This document shows, in pieces, positions 37,676 through 51,800 of a stretch of 64,000 nt of DNA. The stretch covers positions 60,388,001 through 60,452,000 of the forward strand of contig NC_043010.1 in NCBI RefSeq assembly GCF_006345805.1, read 5' to 3'. How positions within the stretch are numbered: position 1 is the stretch's first letter; every line of letters begins with the position of its first letter. This DNA comes from Octopus sinensis (lineage: Eukaryota). The notes under the pieces were generated by a model that did no database searches, was not told where the DNA came from, and saw only the letters and a program-made list of their open reading frames with translations. Position numbers and translations under genes: made by a program.

Positions 37676-39547
37676 ATGACAAAAGAGAGTGGCTTATTCA
37701 TCTGTCTACTACATACTTTACTACACAGTGTCCTAAGTGTAGATATCACTTACCATGTCAACGAAGAAGATAGTCCTCACACTTACATAGGAGACATTGC
37801 TGCTGATTCTAACTTTTCTCAATCTCTCAAACATCATCAGGGAACTCCCATTACATTTACACAGTTACAAAGAACAATGTCAATGGGATCTCACTTATTC
37901 AATGTCACTAACTCTGGGAAACTATACACTACACACACACTTGATGCTGAATCTCTATGCATTTACAAAAAAGAATGTTTTAAAATTGTCAAGGTAGCTG
38001 TTAGGAAAGAAGAAACATTCATAAGAATATTAAAGATAAAGATAATAATTGATGATATTAATGATAACCAACCAGAGTTTCCAGAAGATCAAATTAAATT
38101 AGAATTTTATGAAACAGAAGCAAAAGGTTCGACAAAATCAATACCAAATGCTGTGGATAAAGACATTGGTATTTTCAATTCTAACATCACATATGAACTG
38201 AAAGATAAAAGTAATACATTTATATTATCAATATTCGAAGAGTTTGATGGAATGAAAATACTTAAAATAGCACTAGAAGGTAAGTTAGACAGAGAATTAC
38301 AAGACACTTATATGTTACAGTTAGTTGCAAAGGATAGTGGTTCTCCTCGCAAAGAAGATACTCTGAACATAGAAATATCTGTTATTGATGTCAATGATAA
38401 TAGACCTATGTTTTCTCAGCAGATGTACAACATCACAATCAGTGATACACATCATACATCTTCTCCTGTTTTTGTTTTATCAGCCACAGACTTAGATTCA
38501 GGTCAAAATGGTAATATCACATATAACTTTTATCAAAAAACAAGCTCTTATCTCAAAACCCATTTCAAACTGAAACCAGATGGAGAGATATTCCTAAATG
38601 AGGATTTTTACAGAAATAAACAGCAAAAATATAAATTATATATTCAAGCCAAGGATAGAGGAAAACCATCTTTAAGTTCTAAAGCCACTCTAATAATCAA
38701 TGTAATAAGTAATCAAAATAATGCTCCAGCAATAAATATAGATTTTGTATCACCTTTAACAGTGAATTCTGCTGCTATTTCAGAAGCAAGTAAAATTGGG
38801 AGTTTTATAGCTTATGTTATGGTCATTGACACTGATAGTGGACCTAATGGACAAATTAAATGTAATATTCACCATAAAATGTTCCAGCTTTCTAATATGG
38901 GTTCTAAAGAATATAAAATATTGGTGAAAGAACCTCTTGACAGAGAAACTATAGACCATTATGTTGTGTCGATTGTATGTCATGACATGGGATCACCTCC
39001 ACTAAAGACTAAGAAACAGTTCTCTGTCAAAGTAACTGATGTCAATGATGTAGAGCCACATTTTACCAAAGAGACATTCCAATTCCTCACCTATGAAAAC
39101 CAAAAAGTTGACTTCCCTATTGGCTTCATCAATGCTACAGACCCTGATCTTGGAGATGGAGGCCAACTTACATATTCTATCATCAATGATAACAACAATG
39201 ATAACATTCCTTTCCAACTGACAAAATATGGATTCATTTCTACATCACAACCAATAGATCGGGAAATAAAAGACATCTATAATTTACATGTTTTAGTCAA
39301 AGATAATGGGACACCATCACTGAATAACACTGCCAATATTCTTATAGAAATTCTAGATAAAAATGACAATGCTCCATATTTTATATTTCCTAATAATGAC
39401 CCTTACAATCTCGATGTCCACTACCATCCACACAGTAAGAAGGACATCACAATTCTGAAAGCATCTGACAAAGACACTGGAAACAATGCTTTCCCAAGAA
39501 TGGGAAATTCTCAACGACCAACTAGGCGATTGCCACCAGTTCCACAG
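37676..39547 (+). CDS. Pcdh: Protocadherin unit 3, large exon with an internal deletion (EC1-EC5 and start of EC6; no TM); 703 aa when spliced
   Basis: Cadherin repeats as in the paralogues; after GNNAF the sequence jumps to the exon end (..RRLPPVPQ); donor CCACAG|gtaaga is still phase 0 (624 codons). Confidence 0.85.
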
Positions 39548-40339
39548 GTAAGATATTTATTTACCATAATGTTATTTAGATAGCAATTATTATTGTAATT
39601 TTTGTGAAATTTGTCCTTCTGTAACATAATTTCTGGTGTGTTTACAACCACCCTACCTCTCTCTCTTTCTCTCTCTATGCCTGTCTGTCTGTCTGTCTCT
39701 CTGTCTATCTGTATGTATGTATGTATGTATGTACGTACACAAATGCATTTCTTTAAGACATTTAATTAACTTATTAAAAAAACTTCTTACTTTCAAAGGT
39801 CTTAGTTTTTTTTTTTTAACTCTGCTAAATGTTTTTAACAGTCATGTTGAGAAATTTAAATGCATATATCTGTGTATATACATTCATACATATTGAGAGA
39901 CAGACAGATAATAGTGTTGTTATATTTGTAAGAATGTATCCATGTGTATGTATATGTGTGTGTCATTATATAGAGAAAGAGGGAGGAAAGAAGGAGATGA
40001 GATAGAGAAAGAAAGAATGGTGATTTATATTTTTTTATATAAACTTGTAACAAGCAACTTATTTTAAAAGATCTATTTGTCTTTCAATTTATCAGTCTAT
40101 CTACCTACCCATCTATCAATCACTGTTTTTACCTCAAGCTCTCACTCAAAACACAGTCAACCTAGACAACTCACAGGCACTGTCCACCTCATTTTCCTAC
40201 ATTCAATTATTTCAGAAAAGCAGATTATTTTCTTACAGTCATTTTTATACTCCTCAACTACCTCACGAACTGACACACTCTTTAGAGACATCAGAAAATA
40301 ACAATGATGTTAAGACTTGTATGTATTTTGATCTGTTAA

Positions 40340-40558
40340 CTCTTTAGCATTTAAACCAACCACGTCTGGCTACAATTTCTAACCAGCTTAATGTTCAAGC
40401 TGCCCAGATCTGGCATATCACACCTACCCTACAATGTCATTCTAAAATTAAACAATCACATCATCAACATCTCAAAGCTACGAAGTAATACATGATTAAC
40501 TAAAAACAATGTGAATAAATAAGCAGTACATTGACAGAATAATCTGAGTGCTAAAAGG
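40340..40558. mobile_element. piggyBac-type MITE
   Basis: TTAA|CTCTTTAGCATT ... GAGTGCTAAAAGG|TTAA: imperfect TIRs with a TTAA target site. Confidence 0.6.
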
Positions 40559-43187
40559 TTAAATGTTTCTTTTAATTCAATATCTTTTACCTTCTTTAAC
40601 TTAATTCTTTCCTGTATATATACCCATAATTCAATAAAGCAAAGTATTACTTATTACAAGCATAAAACAATGGGTCATATACTAGTATGTTATTAAGAAC
40701 TGATAATTTTTGAGAACTGTAAACTTAGGAAACATACTTTTTAAAATGTTCAGTCTTAAATATCATATAATCATAAAAATTTATATCCTTCTAATTCATC
40801 ATCATCGTTTAATGTCTGCTTTCCATGCTGGCATGGATTGCATGGTTTGACTGAGGACTGGCAAGCCAGGAGGCTGCACCAAGCTCCCATCTGATCTTGC
40901 AAGGTTTCTACAGCTGGATGCCCTTCCTAACACCAACCACTCTGAAAGTGTAGTGGGTGCTTTTTATGTACCATCGATACAGGAGCCAGTCAAGCGGCAC
41001 TGGCATTGACCATGCTCAAATGGTGCTTTTTTACATGCCAGTCAAGTGGTACTGGCATTGACCACATTTGAATGGTGCTTTTGTTATTCTTATTTCACTA
41101 CTAGCTGTTTTCATTGTTATTAACAATAGTTTGTATATTTTTACCTCGTATCTAAATATAAGTAAATAGCTTATAGTTATTTAGAAACTGACTATTCTCA
41201 TTCACAGTACCAATGACACATAACATTCATTTCTAAAACAAATTCTTCATTTCCTCTATTCACAAGAGATTACAATCCTCAGGCTAGGTTAAACAATCCC
41301 CAATACTATCTCATGTTTACCTCAGACATGCTTCATGCAAATTATAATAAAAATTACTCAGAGATTTTGCTTTCATTTTAAATTGAAAATATTCTTTATT
41401 TATCAACAACTAATAGTTAATTACACTGTGAAATACGATTTTTGTCCTTGGGTGACAATTGTTATTTCTTATTTGTTTACCCCTAGAAAGAATGAAAAAT
41501 GGCTAATATTTCCTTCAAATTTTGCTTTTGTTGCATTTATTCAAACCCCAAAGAATCCCTCTTAACACACGTCTATGATACTCCCCACTACTCCTGCTCA
41601 GGATCAGAGATGCATATATTGTCAGCCACTAATGGACATACCCAAGTGGTTAAAATCAAGCAACTGACAAGCAAATGTGTAGTATTGAGCAGAATATTTG
41701 CTATAAGGATATTTCTACTTCAGTAACTCAGTGCTGAATCTATCTGAAATGTAATAGAAAATAGGTCAGTTTCAAAACATTGATGTCCAGGTCACAAAAG
41801 CAAATTTTGAAGGAAATAATAGTCACTTCCTTTGAACACTTTCTGAAAAAAAAATTAAAATTGTTAAGCAGTGTTATGTATCATAAACATATCATACACA
41901 GATTATTACAAAAATACCCAAAACACACATACACAGATAGACCTGGATTATATTTATTCCATTCACTGGTTCACTCTAGCTCATCATAAGATAGGTTATC
42001 ACTTTTTTCACGTTTAGGTAAATGTCACGCTACTTACTTTTAAAGAATGAAATTATATTTTCTCTTTCTTACAATACTGTATTATGTCTTAATCTTGTAT
42101 CATCAAATATGTGAGATCCAATGATATTAGTTGTGAATTTTTCGTCATCTTTTGCCAACTTTTACAATAGTTACCTTCCCCCATTAATGTACATTGCTTT
42201 TACCTCTATACAGTCAATCAAAAAAATTACATGTGTATAGCTATTTCTTATCACTGACCAATTATTTTGATGTCATTTTGCATACTTTGTTGAAATTCTT
42301 TATACAGATGCTGATGGTACATCATCATTTAATGTCTGTTGTCCGTATTGGCATGGGTTGGATGGTTTGACCAGGGCTGGCAAGCTGGAGAGCTGCATCA
42401 GATTCCAGTCTGATTTGGTATGATTTCTATGACAGGATTCCTTTCCTAACTCCTACCACTTTACAGAGTACAGTATTAAATAAAACCATAGCAGCAAGGA
42501 TTCTCATGAAATTAATTCTTTCAAATGCCCAGAACCAGCTAGAAGTATTGATAATTTCTGTTATGTTGGTGATCTAACCAACAGAGGAGGTGAGTGTTGT
42601 GAAAATATGGGAACCAAAGGAAAGGCAGCAATTACCTTGGCAACAAAAGTCTTCCTAAATGAGTGAAGGGCAGTTTCTATGATGCTTGGGTATGAAGTGT
42701 GGAGTTGCATTGTTATGAAATATGGGTAGGAGATGTGAAGGCTGGAATGTGCTATGAGTGTAAATGAGAGAATAGATAAGTTAATAGAAAAAGGAGCATA
42801 AAAAGAATCAGCTGTAGTATGTAGGAGGGAAAACTATAATGGTATAGATACATGAGATATAAGAAGGAAGACAATTAGGGGAACAAAACTAAGGGATCCA
42901 AGGGGAAGAATTCTGCTAAAGAAGAAGACCTTTCAAAGGAGATTATGATGGACCATAGCAAGTGTTAAGATATACTGGAGATGAAACATCTAACTCATGT
43001 AAGCATAGAAAAATTAATGTCAAATGATGATGATAAAGGCATTGTATTCCGTATCTTCTATCTTTCCATGTTCCTTACAGTTGCATTGGAGATAGGGTAT
43101 ACAAATATACTTTATGTATCAAGTTGTAATGTAAAAACTTCATATAACTTGTTCCAAGTAACTTTCATGATTATTATTATCTGACAG

Positions 43188-43347
43188 CATTACAATAAGG
43201 ATGTGGAAGAGAGTTCAACTGAACAAAAATGTTTTAATGCCAGCATTGTGACATCAAACAATCTAAATGATACACTACCCTCTCTTAAAGAACGGAACCG
43301 TGGGTGGAGTGAAGGTGACATTACATCTCAGAAATCTGGAGCATCAG
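43188..43347 (+). CDS. Pcdh: Protocadherin unit 3, cytoplasmic exon
   Basis: tatctgacag|CAT...TCAG|gtaatt; HYNKDVEESSTEQKCFNASIVTSNNLNDTLPSLKERNRGWSEGDITSQKSGAS. Confidence 0.85.
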
Positions 43348-43620
43348 GTAATTATATAGTAATATCAGAACATTCTAATTGAAAACAGTCAAAAAAGCAT
43401 ATCAAGATAATATTTTCAATGTTAATGTATGAATGAAATAAAATTTTATTATTTAGTAAAACAAAAAATAATTCAAAATAGCTTTTAGCATTTTAAAATA
43501 GTTAATGTTAGATTTTATTTCTAAGAAACAAAGAATCTTATAAATTTAGTAAACAGTTTTAAAAATATACATATCTCATGGAAAACAATACAGTAAACTA
43601 TGTTTTTATATTTTTTTCAG

Positions 43621-43700
43621 AATACAGTAACTATCGACCAAACATACCTCCTACACCAAAACATGATCAAGAACAAGAAACCTATCTAGAGCCTGTATAG
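43621..43700 (+). CDS. Pcdh: Protocadherin unit 3, terminal exon
   Basis: tttttttcag|AATACAGT; (E)YSNYRPNIPPTPKHDQEQETYLEPV*. Confidence 0.86.
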
Positions 43701-44904
43701 CATGCAATTTGTACTTAGAAAAATAATGCAAAATAATCTCCCCATAATTTTATCATTTTCACAAACAATATTCAATTCAGTAAGATGAATGGTTTATAAA
43801 TGTTATTTTCCTTAATCAACATAGAATCTAAATAGCACTTGATAACATTCCTATAAGTCTGTAACTTCAGTTGAATTTTCTTCCCTATAATACGAATTAA
43901 GGTGGTGAGCAAAATGCTTAGCAGCATTTCATATCTCATTACATTCTAAGCTCAAATTCCACCAAGGTTGACTTTGCCTTTCATCCTTTCAGGATGCACT
44001 GGGGTCAATGTAACTGACTCACCCCTCCCCAAACTAGCTGGCCTCGTGCCAAGATTTGAAACCAATATATAATACAAATTATAGATAATGTTCAGTTTAT
44101 ATACACATTATTTGAGAAAAGAATGTAATTTTAAAATATTTTGCTTAAAAACTAATGGCAAAGGTATATTTTATCCACATACCATCAATTCCTTTCTCAC
44201 CTTTCATGATCAGAACTATTCATCAATAAGTGATTAATATAAAAAAGGAGAAAGTGGATGTTGTAACTCTCATGTTTTTTTTTCTGGGATTATTATTAGA
44301 AAGATAAGTGAAGTAAAGTGAACTAGTTAAGTTTAGGAGCTAATGCTAGTTCAAGGGTTGTTTTTAAGATTTTATCTTCTACTTTAAGAAACTTAGGTAT
44401 TTTTAAAAATTATATTTTGTAATTTGAAAATTGTAATTGTAAAAATGAAAAGTAAAACACTTTATTAAATCATGATTAGAGTAAAACAAAAATTGAAATC
44501 AAAATCTACTGAAGAAAAATAGCACCATTTTATTTACTTCATAAAATTTTTATAAGCTACTTTCATGAATTTAACCATACATGCAAATTGATAGTACTCA
44601 AGATACTGTTTCAGCTTCACACCTATTATTATGTACCAACCCACCTGGAGCAAAAAATGGCTGAACTTAGGTTCTTGGGGAGAGAATGCAGCTCCTTAAT
44701 TCATATGATAGAAATGATTATATCATTTGGAACGATAACATTCTGCAAGATCTTAAGATTTAAAGAACAAAAGTAGATGTTTTCCTTCATAAACTTGCAG
44801 GTGGCTGATCAAAATCAAGTCTAAATTAAAAAGAGAAAAAGAACATACATACAACCACACACATACATATCTATGTACATGTATGTATTCATTGCTTTTT
44901 GCTA

Positions 44905-45038
44905 CTCTATCCTACTGCCTGATTCACAATTCCAGTTCATCAATATATTGCTATTGCAACATCACTGCTACACAGGAATACTGTACCAGGATATCTGTCT
45001 AGTTACATACTGTAACAACAATGGATTGGGCAATGCAG
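44905..45038 (+). promoter_or_regulatory. Pcdh-type leader exon with no large exon following inside the window
   Basis: ccTGATTCAcaattccagttcatcaa (44920-44926); ends acaatggattgggcaatgcag|gtaagt. Confidence 0.55.
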
Positions 45039-46149
45039 GTAAGTCTCACTGAATTGCAATTTTGATTTGCTTTATTTACAAGTATGCATTTTTTAATATT
45101 GAAACACAATAGATATATAACTAAAATTAAGTGTACAAGTCATTAAGAAAAAATTGCAGGATCTAATTGTGGACATGTGATGCATATTAATGAAGACAGG
45201 TGTATAAAGAAGTGCCAATTGCTTAAAGTGTATAGCACTAGTGAAAGAGGAAGACCCAAGAAGACAAGGGATGAAATAGTGAGGGCTGATCTTAAAATAT
45301 TCGGCCTCACAGAGGAAATGAACAATGAAGCTAGATGCCTGGTGATATGAGGTTCTTCAGAATCCTCACCCACCTCATCTTCTATTCCTCACATCTGTTC
45401 TTCTTCATGTTGTATGTTTATCTCTCCCTCCTGCAGCCCGATCTTGTCCTCCCTGCCTTGTTAACTCTGTCATTGCTATCCTGTCATCCCCTATCAACCT
45501 GAGTTTCACTAGTCCCTGCATTCCCCATCCCTTCCCCCCATATTGCATTCACATGAACTCTGGGCAATCCTCAACCATCTTATTTATACTCTCATCCTTG
45601 TACCTTGAAAGTATGTTCTGGCATATCATCACTCTCTTCCTCATTCTCTATCTCTCTTTTACCCGCTGACTGGAGTACCTATGTATCTTCTCTACAGCAA
45701 GATAACTATTTCTGTCATTCTGTCATACTCTAGTCTCTCATCACCTGGCACAAAGTCACCTCCTTCAATACCACCACCCCTCTCAAAGGATCTTTGTCTT
45801 GCAAGTTACTTGGTGACCACACCAGTGTTGGTGCCATGTAAAAAACATCCAGTTCACTGTAAAGTGGTTGGCATTTGGAAGGGCATCCTGCTATAAAAAT
45901 CATACCAAAGCAGATCTCACCAGTGCTGGTGTCACATAAAAATCACCCAGTCTGCTCTGTAAAATGGTTGGTATTAAGAAGAATATGAAAACCATACCAA
46001 AACAGACAGTAGAACTTAGTGAAGTCCTCTGGCTTGCAAGCTCCAGTCAAACCATCCAACCAATGGTAATATGGAAGATGGATTTAAACCTTTTTAAAAT
46101 GGTTGATGGAAATTTATGCACACAATGTACATGCATTCAATTGGTCAGT

Positions 46150-47540
46150 GTGATTATATGCCACCTGACTTAGAACCTGTTGTCTAAGTTAGTACTGGGC
46201 TATCTACCAACTGATAGGCCAATTAGATGTTTCATGTAAATTTTTACAACCTGATAGGCTGGTCTGGCCACTTCAGCGCTGTCAACTTTGTCATCGCATC
46301 CTGTTTCATTGAATTTACAGTCATCACATCCTACCACTCCAGCTCTATCAACTTCATTGTCACGTCCTATTCCATCAAATTCACAGTTGTCATGCCAAGC
46401 TCCACCAAGCTCCACCACTTCACCAGTTGTTTTTTCTGGTTCAGATGGTGACTCAGAGAATGAATATTTTCCTAGTTCAGAATCAGATGATTCCAATAGT
46501 GATGATGATATTCTGGTGAATCAAAAGTACAGGTGGGCAGCAGTGAATGGCCCTGGACAACAGAATGTGTGGTAAAAGACAATTTCGTCCAAAAGCATGT
46601 GTTTACTGGTACACCTGGGATAAAGGAAAACCTTGAACATTGAAGTTTACGAGTGGAAATCTTCCACAAGTTTTTGATGGATGAAATGTTCCAATACATA
46701 GCAGATGAAACGAATGACTATTCTGAAAACTAACCCTATCATATCAGACTCTGCCATGACAGTGATTGGTTTCCAACCACAAGGCACAAAATCAAAGTTT
46801 TGCTTGCCCTGCTGATACTGATAGGTTTTGTGAAGAAACTGACCCTGGCATCATATCGGAATCAGGATCCAGCTACATCAACACTTTCCTTTCTGGAATC
46901 AATGCCACATGATCAATTTTTGGTGCTTCTTCAAAAGCTACGTTTCAACTCAGGTAAGAACCAGAATGACGGGCTGCACAAGATACATCCAATCATTGAT
47001 GAAGTGGCTGACAATTTCAAAACAATGTATGTCCCTACACAAGACATTTACATGGCTAAGAGTTGTGGAAATTCAAGGGAAGGCACCAATTCAAACAATA
47101 CAACTCAACCAAACATGCCTGCTTTGGAGTCAAGGTTTATAAAGTATGCCAGTCGATTGGCAGAGTTTATGGATACACATAGAATTACAAAATCTACACT
47201 GGTCAAGAGAGTGGATCTTCCAGTGTCTACTCAAGTGTTAACTGAAGTCATGTTGTTATAAATGAAAACTTCTTTGATAAAGGCTACAATGTTTATATGG
47301 ACATCTGGTTTTCTAGTTCAAACCTATTCCTGCAACTGCAGGTGAGGAGGACTAACGCCTATGGGACTGTGAAGATGAAGATGCACAGGAAAAATATGAT
47401 CTTCACAGGATAAAACTTTGACAGGGAGAAACAGTGTACCAATGCACCAATAGTGGCATTCTCACTCTAGAGTGCTGTGACAAGAAAAACGTTTTTGAAA
47501 TCACATGATAGTAAATACATGAAGTTGATCTGGCTTGTGC
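46150..47540 (+). mobile_element. Decayed piggyBac (PGBD4-like) transposase
   Basis: Acidic N-terminal DSENEYFPSSESDD; LALLILIGFVKK...DP..T..F..SM...F; LHKIHPII...FKTMYVPTQDI; downstream DKGYNVYMDIWFSS; several frameshifts and stops; ends approximate. Confidence 0.8.
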
Positions 47541-48321
47541 TGATGAGTGATCTTCAGGAATACTCTTTTCTACAATAGGCAGAAGGCCTGAGATTTTGTT
47601 GGAGAGAGATAAACGATTACATCGACCCCAGTGTTTCACTGGTACTTGATTTATCAACCCTGTAAAGATGAAAGGCAAAGTCAAACTCGCCACATGAGCA
47701 TCCTGCACAGCAATATAGTTTAGGTAAACAAACAGTTCTTGCATGAAAGTGGTTGATGTAAATATACACTGAACATTATCTCACACTGAATGGTGGCCTC
47801 ACTCAGCATGATTACCATCACCACTGTAAACTGGTTAAAGCAGTTGATATAAATATACGCTGAACCATTTGTTGTGTGCTAATTGCTGATCTCAGCCGAG
47901 ATAATTACCATCAATGCACCCTAGTCACTTGATAAGAAAAAAAAATGTTGTCATGGGGTTATATGATGATGATGATGATGATGATTTAAGTGTAAACTGG
48001 TGTTGGATTGCATTCTTTCTTGTCAAAAAGTACCAAATGCAAAGATCCCTATGATCAACTAAAACTCTTGAAAGCAGTACCCCAGCATTACTGCAGTCAA
48101 CTGACTAAAATCAGAAAACATTCATTCATTTATTTTTAGGTCAATTTGATTATTCTAAAAGCAGTCACATACTAACTATATTGCTTCATAAACAACTATA
48201 TTGACTCAAATTCTTATCTTATATACTCATAATGAATGACTCTTGTACAGACAACTCTATTGTTTATAAATTATATAGATCAAGTTCAATTATACCAACT
48301 GAATAGGTAATTGATCACTGT

Positions 48322-48852
48322 CATCATCATCATCATCATCATCATTTAGCGTCCGTTCTCCATGCTAGCATGGGTTGGACGGTTCAACTGGGGTCTGTGA
48401 AGCTGGAAGGCTTCATCAGGCCCAGTCAGATCTGGCAGTGTTTCTACGGCTGGATGCCCTTCCTAACGCCAACCACTCCGTGAGTGTAGTGGGTGCTTTT
48501 TACGTGCCACCCGCACAGGTGCCAGACAGAGCTGGCAAACGGCCACGAACGGATGGTGCTTTTACGTGTCACCGGCACGGGGCCAGGCGAGGCTGGCAAC
48601 GGACATGAACGGATGGTGCTTTTACGTGCCACCAACACAGGGGCCAGACAGAGCTGGCAAACGGCCACGAAACGGATGGTGCTTTTACGTGTCACTGGCA
48701 CGGGGGCCAGGCGAGGCTGGCAACGGGCACGAACGGATGGTGCTTTTACATGCCACCGACACGGGGGCCAGACAGGGCTGGCAAACGGCCATGAACGGAT
48801 GGTGCTTTTACGTGTCACCAGCACGGGGGCCAGGCGAGGCTGGCAACGGACG
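48322..48852 (-). repeat. RTE 3'UTR fragment with six ~61-bp tandem subunits
   Basis: (cat)n tail and RTE 3' end, then gtgcttttacgtg.cacc...ctggcaa(a)cgg..a.gaacggatg repeated six times. Confidence 0.85.
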
Positions 48853-51800
48853 TATATGTAAACTTATAGGTTGCATCTATGAAGAATTGAACTGATTCCT
48901 TATTGAGAACTTGTTTCTTTTGTATCAACATACAGCCAGCCACATGACACAAAATTCACAATGCTTCCCTGTTTCTGGAAAATATATCTATATAGAGAAA
49001 TCTCTTGTCCAATATTCAGTTGGCTTCCAGTCCTCTATGTCAGCTTTTTCTGAACTATAACTTAATCATTATGCTCTCTGATGCCATTAACTGTTAACCA
49101 ATGCATCCTGAGAAAAGAAAACATAAATAAATTGTCAAACTTATCCCAAACATCCTGTACATCTACATTACTTTATTGTGCTGTACTTATTTATTTATAT
49201 CATTGCATTAAGTGCAATAATTAATTAAATTATCCATTACACTTCACTTAATCTATTCTTGATGAGTTAATTAATTTTATTACTTATTAATTAATTATAT
49301 GCTTAGATGACTCTCAAGTGTACTAGTATTAAAGGCATGCTCATTAAAGTTTTAAAAATTATGAAAGAATTTCCAGTTTTGAAAAAAAGCAAGTATGAAT
49401 TCCGCATGCCATTTACCAAGTTGACTGAGTGTTTATTACTGTAGATTTATAGATACTATATAACAAACATGCTACATATACAAATCTACTATAACTCTGA
49501 AAATGTGCTGCTAACGCTTTAAGCCTAATTCATATCAAAATGATATTATGTGATTTATAAGAAAGCAGAAATCAAGTCTCTTGGATGAAATATTTTCTCC
49601 TATATTTTTACATTTCAGAATATAAAAGCAAGCAACCAAAACTACTTCTGAAGTAAGAAAAGAAACTATATACAGATGGCAGATAAAAATTTTCAACAAA
49701 TAATCTTCTGACTCTGCTAGCATTTATGATTTGTAGATTATATTAATAGCTAATGATTTCACTTAAATATGTCATATTCTAAACCAATCTTTATATGAAT
49801 TATAGGCAATTATTAAATTATTTTCTTTTAAGATTCTATCATACTTAACATTCTAACAAGATGACATTTTAATCTGGTGGTTACAAAAATATTTCCACTA
49901 TGAAAATAATAGAAACCTTATACAGAGTAAAATGTAATTGTTGTTTCCATTAGATTTATTTCCAGTTGAAAGGGGAAGATGAATTTGAGTTTCAAATAAA
50001 AAATAAACAGAAAATGTATATAAAACACACCAAACACTCACACATGCACTAAAATATATTTCGAAATTTTCAAATTTCTGTTGTGATAATAAATATTTCA
50101 ACTAAATTAATATTTATCCATAAGATAATTTAAATGCTATGTGTAGCTCATGATATACCTTGCATATTAAAGTAATATTGCTAACATTTGAGTTCAGTTT
50201 GATTAGGCTTCAAAATGCATCGTATATGAACTGATTGTCATAGACTTATTCAAAGTGTTTATCAACATAAAATTACTGTAATACATCTCATGAAATATTA
50301 TACTGAGACATAATATCAGACACAGCCTTCAACAACAACAATAAAAAAATATGTAATATGGGTAAGGCTTTAAATTTTTTCTTCATAAATTTGCTGCAAT
50401 AATGCAGTTTCTTAAAGCATTAAAAATAACCAAAAAGCTGCAATATGTGGTATTCATTCTTCAAAAATTTCTGTTAAGGATAATATGAAGGTAGAATTTA
50501 CAATCAGAGAAAACTGATGTGAATCTACATCAGTAACAAGTAATCCACAAGAGTATAAAAAATGCCGCACAGTATTTATTCCAACTCACTGTACTTTGAG
50601 TTCAAGTAGCATTAAAGCTAATTTTGCTTTTCATCTAAGTAGAGTTCATAAAAAAGTACCAATTCAGGGTGGTGGATTGTTGTAACTATCAAAATGTCAG
50701 TCCAGATACCTTGTAATATTTGTTCTGGATGGGCCATAGTGCCTAGAGTAGAAAATAATATTTGTTCTGGATTTTGTATTCTATGTTCAAATCCTGCTAT
50801 GGCTTGCTTTGGTGGCAGACCTAATCCATTATCCAGCTTAACATCACTACTTCATACTTTGGGTGCCTTTATTGGGATCCACTGTATTGCAAGCATTTGA
50901 GTCAGGCTTTGGTTTAAGAATACCTCCTTCCCACCAATGTCAGAAGCCCTGAAAAGAGTCATAAGCACTGCCTTCCCTCCTGACTATAAGTTTTTAAAAA
51001 TTAATAAATGTAATTGCCATATGGAAAAGAACAAAAGTATTTTGAGATCAGGCCCTTAAAATTATCTAAACCAATTTCTCATTAGTTTTATTAAATATAC
51101 AAAACGATAACAAGAAAAATCACTGGTATATATATTTAAAAAACTAAAATTACAATCTTTAAGATCATAATTTGATGACTAACATCACAAGTGATGTGTA
51201 AAGCATAGTTGATTATAATGTTTTGTAACAACATATAGATGTACCATAAGTAAACATAAACATTTTCGTGCTATCATAATTATAGAAAACTCTGTATTTA
51301 GCAAACCCTAAAAATATGATTTGATATTTGGTCATTATTTCGCTATTTTATATAACTTTGTTTAGTGAATGTGGATGTATATTTAAATAGTTTGTTTAAT
51401 GAATTTGGATGTGTATTTGTTTATCATATTTTTAATAATAATCTTCAAATTCCAGGCTCATATTCTTTTGATGGATTCACAACTTATGTAATTGCATATA
51501 GATAATATATATATGAAAGGAAAATTTGTCTATTTCCTTATGTTGTAACCAAAAGAAACTTGCAACATTACAAAATAAACTAGATATCTGAGATTGAACT
51601 TCTGGAAATCTTAGAGAAGTAAATTCAAAAACAACTTTTTAAATATGGACTTTTAAAACAAGTTAAAGAAAATGCATTCCATTTTCAAAATCTTTCTTTG
51701 TTAAAATCATAAACTGAATTGTTCTCAATAATGGATGTAAAATTCTTCTGTGTTGTAATTAATACCATGCATGAAAAGATAGGTTTAAAGGAAATGTTGT

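Noticed and set aside
48493-48852. CRISPR-like regularly spaced repeats
   Set aside because: The intervening sequences are homologous to each other, the array belongs to an RTE 3'UTR, and the context is eukaryotic with no cas genes
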